The notes under the pieces: generated by a model
Databases searched by the model: none
The model's input: the letters and a program-made list of their open reading frames with translations, nothing else
What the model was told of the DNA's origin: nothing
Position numbers and translations under genes: made by a program
Assembly: GCA_002269645.1 (NCBI GenBank)
Contig: NIVC01002542.1
Coordinates: forward strand, 1-41,760
Direction of reading: 5' to 3'
Source: Macrostomum lignano
Taxonomy: Eukaryota
Length of the DNA stretch: 41,760 nucleotides
In this document: positions 23,135 to 32,455 of the stretch, in pieces
How the letters are laid out: each line of letters starts with the position of its first letter
Numbering within the stretch: position 1 is the first letter of the stretch

Positions 23135-23996
23135 ATGAAGCGATCACGTCAGCAGGAATTGGCCGAGCGCTATGTTAAACAAGGTAAGATAATCACCTAC
23201 TCTAGTTCAGTTTTCTTTTTTAGATTGACTGTTCGCTATAGTTTAGTTTCTAGATTGATTGTTAGTTCGGTTTCTGTTTAGACCGATCCTCTGTTTGTTC
23301 AGTCTCTAGATTGATTTTCTGCTAGTTCGGTTTCTGTTTAGACTAATACTCTGCTAGTTCAGAATTTCTAGATTGATTGTCTGCTAGTTCGGTTTCTGTT
23401 TAGACTGATTCTCTGCTAGTTCAGTTTCTATATACATTGTATACATGCACCTATACCAAATTTCCCTCATCTTATCCATTATTATAGCATTCAAGAATGG
23501 TTTCTTCACGCGGCCACCTCCAGATCAGTGCAAACGCATTTGCCACGACACCACCACATCCAATTCTGCTGCAAGAGCATCATATTCTACATCTCTCGCC
23601 AGAGTAACCTCGATTCATGTCGAGAGACAGACAACTGAGCTAGATCGCATTTACACAAGAACTGATGTTATTCAGTCAATTAGGCAGCAATCGAACCCAC
23701 GACCAACTGACCAACTGCAGTATGCACCACCACCACCATCACCAACCAGCTACAATGACCCAACAAAGCAAACTTGCAGTAAGCCTACAAGTACCAAACC
23801 AACGACAGCAACTGAAACACCATCATCATCAATTGCTATTTCTACCCAAGTTCAACCGCTGCTAAACTCGCCAATTATTGTACAGAAGGACATCAAGTCT
23901 GTAAAAGTCTCTCAAATGAGCACAGGCTTCTACCAAGTAGAATTACCAAAGACCTGTAATACAACTCAAGTATTTGAATATTGGGACCTATCTTAA
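23135..23996 (+). CDS. Maverick accessory ORF1, spliced (exons 23135-23183 and 23488-23996), 185 aa, function unknown
   Basis: ATG...CAAG/GTAAGA donor and TTATAG acceptor join in phase 1, giving MKRSRQQELAERYVKQAFKNGFF...; central region is Thr/Ser/Pro-rich. Confidence 0.55.
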
Positions 23997-24252
23997 AAAG
24001 ACATTTTTTCTAACTCTTCATAAAATTTTGCCAGCAATGTGTCCAAGTAATTGCTCTTTTAGTATATATCAAACAAGTCTGTAATCAATAATATAATCTC
24101 TATAAATTCATTATTCTAAAAAATTCTTTCAATTTTATTCGCCATTTATTGAAATTATTTAATTCAATATAAAGTCAATATCTTGTACAGTCATCATTAA
24201 ACAAAAATTATTAATCCATGCAAATAATTTTTTTTTCATACGTTTCTTTAGC

Positions 24253-24935
24253 CATGGTCTGGCTTTTGCCTCAACAGTATGATTTAGCTGTGGTCCAGCT
24301 TTTGCCTCAACAGTATGATTTAGCTGTGGTCCAGCTTTTGCCTCAACAGTTTTTAGCCGTGGTCCGGCTTTTTTGCCTCAGCAGTATGATTTAGCTGTGG
24401 TCTAGCTTAAAACTGCATCAACAGTGATTTAGCTATAGTCCAGGCTTAACTACCTCAACGATGATTTAGCTATAGTCAAGGCTAAACTGTCTCAACAGTA
24501 ATTTTAGCTGTTGTCCAGACTTAACTGCCTCAACAGTGATTTTAGCTGTGGTCCAGGCAACTGTCTCAACAGGGATTTAGCTGTAGCCGATTAGCTTAAC
24601 TGTCCAGTTATTTAGCTGTGAGCCAAGCAGCAGCACCCGTCTCAACAGTGAGAATTAGCTATGGTCAGCTTTACCTCAACTGTGATTTGGCTGCTGTGGT
24701 CTAGCATAACTGACTCAACAGTAATTTTAGCTGTAGTCGTCCAGCTTAACCACCCGTCCAGTTTTATAACCATGGTCCAGCTTAACCACCGTCTCAATGT
24801 ACAGCGATTTAGTCGTGGTCCAGCTTAACCGTCTCAACGTACAGTGATTTAGCCATGGGTCTAGTAGCAATTAACCGTATCAATAGTGATTTAGCCGTGG
24901 TCCAGCTTAACTGTCTCAACACAGTAATTTAGCTT
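24253..24935. repeat. Degenerate ~35-bp tandem repeat inside the Maverick (CTCAACAGTGATTTAGCTGTGGTCCAGCTTAACTG-like)
   Basis: Recurring TTTAGCTGTGGTCCAGCTT and CTCAACAG motifs, about 18 units. Confidence 0.8.
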
Positions 24936-25644
24936 AGTCCAAACAGCATTTGTGTGTCAACTGCACTGACTGCATGCGGTTATAGCAGCGGCAGTCATTA
25001 TAGTCCCAACAAGCTGCGCGTCGCAGCATGATAGTGTAACTCTATATAGCTTCTGCTCAATATAGGACTGCAAAAGCTGAGTTACAACTATACCTTTTTC
25101 TGTTTGAAAAGTAACACTCTATATATAGGTTACTCAAGCAATCTCTTGTCACCGTGCGAGCTAAAAAATTCCAACATGCAAGCAAAACTTTCAATAAATT
25201 AATTTCATAGCACCGCGTGCAGCTTATTTTTACTCTAAAATCCAAGATTGCTAATTTTTCAAGTCGCAAAATATTTTAATTACATTCTACTTGAGAACAA
25301 AACCAATCTAATGAAGCAGCAACCAGCAGTCTTCTTATTAAACGCTTGCCATCGTGTTACTCTTGCAAATTTATAACTAGTGTGCCTAAGATTCATTAAT
25401 TTTATTGTATAAAATATCAACCTACATTTGCGTAAAATTAGACCTAATCATGCAACCCACCCTAGAAACTTATGCCACCTTTGGCACGCAACAATGTCTT
25501 AATCAGCACGCAACAATTAAATTTGTTTACTAGTTCACAAACAGCATGCAAAGCTTGCTATAAATACAAGACCCGAAATGGTCAATTTTTCATGAGCTCA
25601 ATCATTACAGCAAAAGAAATACTATATTCAATTGCTTGTAAGAC

Positions 25645-26843
25645 ATGGCAGCTTGCATCAAGACGGAGTCAATTGTACGCTCCGACTCGAGTCCGATTTT
25701 TTACGTTGGAGAGCAGTCTACAACCACGACTGGTTCGTCCTGCCAGTTTCGATCTATTGCGTGGAAACCATCAATCGAGTGTACAAAATGGTACCCAATT
25801 ATATTGCAAACCAAGGCTCCAATGGAGCTTTTTCGTGGAATCGCAGAAAGGCCAGAGCTCGATCATCCGTCTTGCAGACACGACTCTCGCGACGCAGTAA
25901 GTGTCCAATTTCATCCAGACAGCTGCGATAAGGAACTCTTCCACTCTCTCCGGTGAGCACCATATTAAATTTATACAATTAATTTTAGGAAACTATATTC
26001 ATAATTTATATAATGTTTTGCAGTCAAGTCGAAAAAGGTCTATCGGTCAAGTTGAACGAGATTCAAGATGCTCGACCCTTGGCACGACTAACAAAACCAG
26101 CTCATCAGCATGCTAACGACGTCCTCGAGTTTGTGCCTCAACAATGGCTGGCTATAAAGCCTGCTTACCCTTGTGCCACAATCAGGATCAGCAACGATCA
26201 TCCACACGGGAAGGAGGTGTCCATTTCCGATTTCAAAGGTGTCAGCGGTACCTACCAAATGACAGTGCAAGCAACGAGCTTGTATTGTCCAAAAGGCTGC
26301 CTCGTCTGGCGCATTACATTCGCTGTGCGCTCTCTGACACTCATAGAATCTTCCGACAACATGTTGCAGCGCCTCGACATGTTCAAGGGAGTGCTTGCAC
26401 ACCTACCCGCGACCAAGTCAGCAATTAGAAGCAGGAGTCCGTCCCCAACATCTACCTGTGAGCAAGAAGAAGCAAATGAACAAAGCCTGCAGAATTCAAG
26501 CCAGGTGACACCTGCCAAGTCACCTGCAAAGCGTCGGTCTACCACCACCGTATCGAAGAAGTCGACTACATCGAATGCAGCGCCAGCCTCTATTGAACCG
26601 CCGCCTAAAAAGCAAGTTCGAAAACGCAGCGGTGCAAAACAGCAAAACAATTCTGCCGAAGCTGGTGCAGATGGCACAGACTGGGTGGAGGCTCCACCAG
26701 CAAAGATCTTGGTGAGTACACCTGCCTCTGGAACCAGGGTAGCGTCCAAGGAGACAGCATTTTTAAAGCGTGCTGCTGCGGACGCTACTACAGCTAGCGT
26801 GTCTTCATCGGACGACTCGTACAGCAGCTCTGATGATGAGTAA
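25645..26843 (+). CDS. Maverick accessory ORF2, spliced (exons 25645-25952 and 26024-26843), 375 aa; possible OB-fold ssDNA-binding protein
   Basis: A 71-nt GTGAG...TTTTGCAG intron fuses two ORF-track ORFs in frame (…HSLR-QVEK…). Low-complexity basic linker and acidic C-terminal tail. The SSB call is a pattern-based inference. Confidence 0.6.
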
Positions 26844-27053
26844 CAAAATTTTTGACTAATTTTATCCAAGTTTTAACTAACTTATTCCACTATATTTATC
26901 AAATTTTTGGCTAGGGAAATATTATTTTTTAGGGAAAAGCTCAAAACATTTTTTGCTACTCCTTGTACGCTAACCAGGTTTTGTAATTTAATATTAGAAT
27001 TTACGATAGTATAGTCATGTTTAACTTTTCTTATTATTTATTTTCCGTTTTAG

Positions 27054-27611
27054 CGACTTGTCCTATTAATAGTTACTGCGAGTCTGAAGCTGCACCCGTT
27101 TGAAAAATTTGATTTAAAGCAGACCAAACAGAAGCTACAGACCAGAAACCGGTTTTGCAAACTATTCCTAAGCCGACCAACAATGCTAAAGACAATTTAT
27201 TCAAATGCTAAAATCCAACTTTATCCAGCAGGAAAACTAACTATATATGGCTGTAAATCAAATTCTCAGATAGTCTCAGTTTTACGATTTATCAACGACA
27301 CTATTAATTGTGTAGATTTTGATTCAGTAAAAATTCAGAGCAGTACCTATGTCGGCTTTATTGGTCATCTTTGGCCAAAATTCGGTTTCTCTAGTCTAAA
27401 AAGATATGCAGGCTACTATTCGAATTATCTGGTTGGATACGATGCAGAAAATTTCCCACAAGCAGTTTCTGTTAGATCAGCATCAAAACCAAGGCTTTTT
27501 TGTAACATATTTTTTTCGAAAAAGTTTGTTATTATGGGCGTTCAAAACACTCATGAATTGAATAATATTCTTAACCATGTCAAGGATTTTTTAATCTCTG
27601 TTAATAACTAA
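27054..27611 (+). CDS. TATA-binding-protein (TBP)-fold protein, both repeats; 5' exon not located
   Basis: The frame is open from the TTTTAG acceptor at 27053, 43 codons before the first ATG. Motifs align with TBP: LIVTASL..FDL, KIQLYPAGKLTIYGCKS, VKIQS, YDAENFP, KPRLFCNIFFSKKFVIMG. Confidence 0.75.
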   Translation, partial: RLVLLIVTASLKLHPFEKFDLKQTKQKLQTRNRFCKLFLSRPTMLKTIYSNAKIQLYPAGKLTIYGCKSNSQIVSVLRFINDTINCVDFDSVKIQSSTYVGFIGHLWPKFGFSSLKRYAGYYSNYLVGYDAENFPQAVSVRSASKPRLFCNIFFSKKFVIMGVQNTHELNNILNHVKDFLISVNN

Positions 27612-27834
27612 ACTTAACAAGTAAACAATTGCTGTCAAATCGCAGTTGCGATGCATTCTTTTACAAACATTTTGTCTTTTTTTATTTATTTACCAATTGT
27701 TTTCTCTAATAGTAAACGTGTCAGCTATACCTATAACTAACCAAATCATCATTTTTCTTACAGCCGCAAATGACAAACCGGATCATCTATTAATATTATG
27801 CTCGATACGCTCGTTGTCGAGCTAGGTGCACACA

Positions 27835-28548
27835 ATGCCGCGTGCACAATGCCAAATCTGCAGAAAAAAGTTCAGTAATCAAGCCGAGCTGCATGCTCAC
27901 TCGCATGGTGCTTGTTTTTCACCGCAACGATTACTGACCGGATCGCTGCAAAACCTGATCGAAAACCCACCAGATGGGTGGTCCATCGCTTTGCGCGAGT
28001 CAGCTCATCGTGGTCGGGTAAATTTTGTCGAATTTACTCCCACTCTTGAACAACAAGGCAACAGCTCTGGCGAGTTACTTCCTGGCGAGTTGATTGCGTC
28101 TTTAAGAGAACCAATATTTAAAATATTGGAAAAAATTGGCTCACCCAGTTTATTAATAAGAGTCTGCTTTCACTTGAAAGTGACACTATTTCGACCGAAA
28201 ACAGCAGCAGACGACAACGATGGCTCGAGCAGCGAAGAGATCATTTCGGTCTATTTTAATACCAACATTGCGACAATATCATTTGATGAGACGATTACAA
28301 ACAGTGACATGCTGTTATCTCCCGAGGCCTACAATGACTGGTTCGCACGCGTTATTAATCAGTTGTTAATAAAAATTGACAATTTTCAATCTCGAGGTAG
28401 TAATTGGCAATATAGAGCAATCGAGCAGCTAGACTTGATGCTCTGCGTTTATCGCAAAAGCCATGCAAGCACACTGTCAACAAATACGTCCCACGGTGGT
28501 GTGGGGGCGGGCGGCGGCAGTGGTGGTGGTGGCGGCGGTGGTGGTGGT

Positions 28549-28580
<32 letters not shown>

Positions 28581-28911
28581 GCGCGGGGAGTCCGGTCCAG
28601 TCCGGTCCGGTCCAGTCCGGTCCGGTCTGGTTAAGCAGCAATCGTTTAAAGTTCCAGTCTCAATCGGTCGCAAAGCTGGAGCAGTACTGCTTCTAAAGCC
28701 GCACAGAGCAGTTTAAAGCATCAAGACTATTTAAGAGTCTTACACAAGCGACAACTTGTGTTTTCGCGCATACAGTCCATTCGTTCTCGAAAACAGAAAG
28801 TTTTTTTTGATGCAACAAAGAAAACTTGCACTAAGCTTCTTCGATACGAAGCGATCCTGGACAAGTTCAATTAATTCGCTACCCTTTGGACACTGGCACT
28901 TGGCTAATTAA
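27835..28911 (+). pseudogene. polB: Truncated N-terminal part of a Polinton protein-primed DNA polymerase B (C2H2 finger plus terminal-protein-like region); exonuclease and polymerase domains absent
   Basis: CQICRKKF...HAH finger; IDNFQSRGSNWQYRAIEQLDL matches the GSGW motif of Polinton pPolB N-termini. After two in-frame stops (28714, 28732) the frame continues with the expected DNLCF. No catalytic PolB motifs or long ORF anywhere between the TIRs. Confidence 0.65.
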
Positions 28912-29203
28912 TTAACAATATGCTCTGATCTCTTTTGTTGTACAAAGTAATAGCATGCTATAGAAGACTGTAACCCATCATTAATTTTTTCATTGATCAT
29001 TATTTACAATAAATAAATGATACCGGCATTCGTTTAAATTATAATTTTAGCACTTTTTTGTGTTTAATTATTTGAAAAAGTATATTTTTTATAGTTAGAT
29101 TCTCAAGACTAAGCTTGTGTTTGTAGTAGACGTAAATGTAGTGCTATCGTTCATGTTTCAAGAAAAAAAACTTTTTTTTAAACTTTCAGCTACAAGAATC
29201 GAC

Positions 29204-29686
29204 ATGAATCCCGAGCAGCAGCAGCAACAACAACTAACTGATCGTAAGCTTTTAGTTGAACGTCTATACGATTCGGCAACGATTCCGACCCGAAAAACTG
29301 TCGGGTCGATCGGGTATGATCTTTGCGCTGGCGTCGATGGTACCATTCCGGCCTACGAGTCCCGGAGTGTGCGAACCGGACTCAAAATTCGCTTACCGCC
29401 TGGTACCTATGGCAGGATAGCGGGACGTTCCAGCATGGCTCTGCACAGCTTATTTGTTGGCGGTGGCGTAATCGACCCCGACTATACTGGTGAAATCTGT
29501 ATAGTCTTGTTTAATTACAGTCCGGAAGACTTTGAGTACTATGCCGGGCTCAGTATTGCACAACTGGTTCTGGAGCAGGCCGTGCTTGCTTCAGTCTATG
29601 TGACTGAAGCAGACAATTCGATTCGGATGATTGAGCCGCCGACCAAGCGGCGCGGCTTTGGCGGCTTTGGCAGCACTGGCCAATAA
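29204..29686 (+). CDS. dut: Trimeric dUTPase
   Basis: All five motifs present: GYDL, GRSS, GGVIDPDYTGEI, IAQLV, RRGFGGFGSTG. Likely ATG at 29204. Confidence 0.95.
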   Translation: MNPEQQQQQQLTDRKLLVERLYDSATIPTRKTVGSIGYDLCAGVDGTIPAYESRSVRTGLKIRLPPGTYGRIAGRSSMALHSLFVGGGVIDPDYTGEICIVLFNYSPEDFEYYAGLSIAQLVLEQAVLASVYVTEADNSIRMIEPPTKRRGFGGFGSTGQ

Positions 29687-29777
29687 GTATAATAATAATA
29701 ATAAACTGATTTTTTTCTTTGGTGATTGGTGCACTATGCGAGAGCTTTGTAAATACTATAAGCAATTTTAAAAATTT

Positions 29778-30221
29778 ATGCCTAAAATATATGTTGTAAA
29801 AATGTCTCCAGCGAAAGATCGAGGTTTTAAAAAGAAAAAGAAGAGCATTCGTAAAAAGAAGAAATCTATTAGAAAGATTAATAAAAAGCAACAAGGTTAT
29901 GGTGTCGTAAATTGGTTAATTAATCATTTACCATTTGAAGCACATTTACCCGGCGGATATCAGTTTTGTGGTCCAGGTACGCAACTGCAAGCTAGGCTAG
30001 CAAAAGGACAACGAGGAATTAATCGGCTTGACAATTTGTGCATGCTTCACGACGTGGCCTATGATAAAAATTCTGACGTGCAAGAGAGGTTAAAAGCTGA
30101 TAAGCTATTAGAATCTGGTGCACGAGAGATTGCCCACGATCCGTCTACTGGTTGGAAAGAAAAACTAGCTGCGAAGTTGGTTACCAAGGTTATGCAAGTT
30201 AAGCAACGCTTTGGTGCTTGA
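29778..30221 (+). CDS. Parvovirus-type phospholipase A2 domain protein (adintovirus PLA2X-like) with a basic N-terminus
   Basis: YQFCGPG Ca-loop and NRLDNLCMLHDVAYD catalytic HD; Lys-rich leader ending in QQGYG. Confidence 0.85.
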   Translation: MPKIYVVKMSPAKDRGFKKKKKSIRKKKKSIRKINKKQQGYGVVNWLINHLPFEAHLPGGYQFCGPGTQLQARLAKGQRGINRLDNLCMLHDVAYDKNSDVQERLKADKLLESGAREIAHDPSTGWKEKLAAKLVTKVMQVKQRFGA

Positions 30222-30223
30222 AA

Positions 30224-30913
30224 ATGCAGCAGCCATACAATATGCAACTAGCTCACGATTCTACATTTATTATTGCTGGACCTTCAAACTCGGGTAAAAC
30301 TGAATGGACGTTGCGTTTGTTGACTGAACGAAAAGAATTATTTGATAAAAAACCGTGCCGTCTTGTTTGGTGCCATGGATCAAGTTTGAAACCAGACGAT
30401 CAACAACGAATTAGAACATGCTGGCAAAAAAGCGGTCTTGACCCTATTGTTTTTGTACCCGAATTCACACCACAGATGATTAATCGTTTTTTACCACACG
30501 ATTTGGTTGTTGTTGACGACTTGCAAAGCGAGATTGCTAAGTTGCCAGAATTTACTAGTATGTTTACAAAGCATGCGCATCATATCCCTTTGACTTGTCT
30601 GTACCTTTGTCAAGGTCTTTTTAACAAGTCTGATCCAGAAGCACGCATGCGAAGTTTATCAGCTAGTTATATTTGTCTAACTCGTAGTGTGCGCGATCGA
30701 ACCACAGTTGAACATCTCGGTCGACAAATGTATCCGCGTAATAGTAGGTTTCTAGTGAATGTGTATGAAGACGCAACAAATAACAAACCTTTTTCATATT
30801 TATTCATTGACCTGCGGCAAGTGACACCAGATTTTTTACGATTGAGAACAGGAATATTTTCTGGTGATGAACAAGTTGTCTATACTCGTGAATGTGATGC
30901 AAAGTTTGTGTAA
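30224..30913 (+). CDS. A32/FtsK-like genome-packaging ATPase
   Basis: Walker A GPSNSGKT, Walker B LVVVDD, HH...Q sensor region, YLFIDL...LRLRTGIF C-terminus. Confidence 0.92.
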   Translation: MQQPYNMQLAHDSTFIIAGPSNSGKTEWTLRLLTERKELFDKKPCRLVWCHGSSLKPDDQQRIRTCWQKSGLDPIVFVPEFTPQMINRFLPHDLVVVDDLQSEIAKLPEFTSMFTKHAHHIPLTCLYLCQGLFNKSDPEARMRSLSASYICLTRSVRDRTTVEHLGRQMYPRNSRFLVNVYEDATNNKPFSYLFIDLRQVTPDFLRLRTGIFSGDEQVVYTRECDAKFV

Positions 30914-30970
30914 TATTATTATAAGCAAATTATAAACTGTTGTCAATATTAGTTTGTGTTTTATTTCAAA

Positions 30971-31960
30971 ATGAGTTTTTACGTTTTTTTGCCGTCAAAC
31001 GATATCAGTTACGAAACCAACTCGCCTAATGAATTTCGAGTGCGACTAACTGAACCAATAAATTTATTGAACGGATTCTTCGAGGTTGCACTAGTTGAAT
31101 TACTGTGCCATGGAGCAATTACGACGCCAAATGCTCATCGTGAGCGTCGATTTGAAGTTCCATATTTTGCGGACATTGACTCAATAATACGATTAAAGAA
31201 AAACTATTGGGGTCGTGTTTGGGCAGAGGCAGACTTGGATGCTTACGTTTCCTGGCAACCGTCTGGTACAGATGAAAAATTTGCCTGGCTTTTACGAAAT
31301 TCAGGCGAAAAAACTATTGGATTAGAACTACCAGTTACATTTATGGACGCTTTCAAATTTGACTCTTGGAAGAAACTTTCTGGACTTGTCTCGGAAAAAT
31401 TATCAAAACCTGCCGCTGGTAGTGTACAACCACCGGATGGTTCATACTTGGATTTGATAAAAAGTCTCGACAATACTCTAGCGCTAGTACCTGAGAACTA
31501 TTATGTTTTTTATTGTGTTCTATCGCCTGGTGAAGCTATACGACTTGTTTCGCATGGAGACTATCTTCGAAAAACGGAAGGAGAAGTGTACATCAAAGTA
31601 CACCAATATTGGTTGAGAAATCGTGTTTGGCGCATTAACAAAACCTACTTGGATGCTGTGCTACCTTCTCCGATGCCTAGTAAAACGGTTTACATGTACT
31701 GTTACACAGATATAATCGAGTATCAAGCAGTGGGAAGTACATCAGTACCGTTGCTTCGAGTTGTGGAACTCCAACAAAAGAAAAACGGAGAACTTATACG
31801 CGATAGCAGTGCATTGCAAACACCCTACTACTTGAAAACAAATCGACAACAAATTCACGAGATTTCGATTCGACTATCGGACCAGCGCGGAAAACCGTTT
31901 AATTTTGATCCGGGAGCACACGTTGTTGTCGTACTGCATTTTAAACATAGGTCGGACTAA
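30971..31960 (+). CDS. Minor capsid protein (penton, single jelly-roll)
   Basis: MSFYVFLPSN start; C-terminal YTDII..Q.VG....PLLRVV and IRLSDQRG.PF...VVVLHF pattern of Polinton mCP. Confidence 0.85.
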   Translation: MSFYVFLPSNDISYETNSPNEFRVRLTEPINLLNGFFEVALVELLCHGAITTPNAHRERRFEVPYFADIDSIIRLKKNYWGRVWAEADLDAYVSWQPSGTDEKFAWLLRNSGEKTIGLELPVTFMDAFKFDSWKKLSGLVSEKLSKPAAGSVQPPDGSYLDLIKSLDNTLALVPENYYVFYCVLSPGEAIRLVSHGDYLRKTEGEVYIKVHQYWLRNRVWRINKTYLDAVLPSPMPSKTVYMYCYTDIIEYQAVGSTSVPLLRVVELQQKKNGELIRDSSALQTPYYLKTNRQQIHEISIRLSDQRGKPFNFDPGAHVVVVLHFKHRSD

Positions 31961-32016
31961 TTTATAAGCAAAGATTAATTGTGTAATAGAAAATTTTGTG
32001 AATTTGTTTTGTAAGA

Positions 32017-32445
32017 ATGAGCGAACTAACAGAAAAAGGAAAACAAAATGCTCGCTCATTGTGTCAGTGTGCTTTTTTACTACAAATTGTTTATCGGCTA
32101 AAGCATCCAAAGCAGAGAAAAAGTTTTTTACAAACACTTTCAGAGTCGGAGATACGATGTCTAGTAGACTTTCTGTTTAATATTATTAGTGGACGTATTA
32201 AAATTAGTAACTGTAACAAAAGACGACTTGAGAAGCATCGCAGATATATACGCCAGCTTTTGGAACAGAAGACTCCAATTACTGCAAAAAGGAAAATACT
32301 TGTCCAACACGGAGGATTTTTACCTTTTTTGGCTCCAATTATTGCCGCTCTACCTGCTATAAGCACTGCGCTTGGGATAACGTCTGGAGTAGTTGGTACC
32401 GCCGCGGGAGCAGCGAATTTAATACGATCAATTCAACGAAAGTAG
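32017..32445 (+). CDS. Conserved Maverick virion precursor-like protein ending in a GG-FLPFLAPII hydrophobic/amphipathic peptide
   Basis: KRKILVQHGGFLPFLAPIIAAL motif; lies within the morphogenesis cluster. Confidence 0.75.
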   Translation: MSELTEKGKQNARSLCQCAFLLQIVYRLKHPKQRKSFLQTLSESEIRCLVDFLFNIISGRIKISNCNKRRLEKHRRYIRQLLEQKTPITAKRKILVQHGGFLPFLAPIIAALPAISTALGITSGVVGTAAGAANLIRSIQRK

Positions 32446-32455
32446 TAGGAATATA

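Noticed and set aside
25472-26869. ORF-track entries 25472-25900, 25632-25931, 26088-26402, 26144-26428 and 26252-26869
   Set aside because: Shadow frames overlapping the better-supported spliced ORF2; no motifs.
28449-28696. Poly-Pro (minus strand) and poly-Val/Ala (plus strand) ORFs
   Set aside because: Alternative frames of the (GGN)n microsatellite inside the polB remnant.
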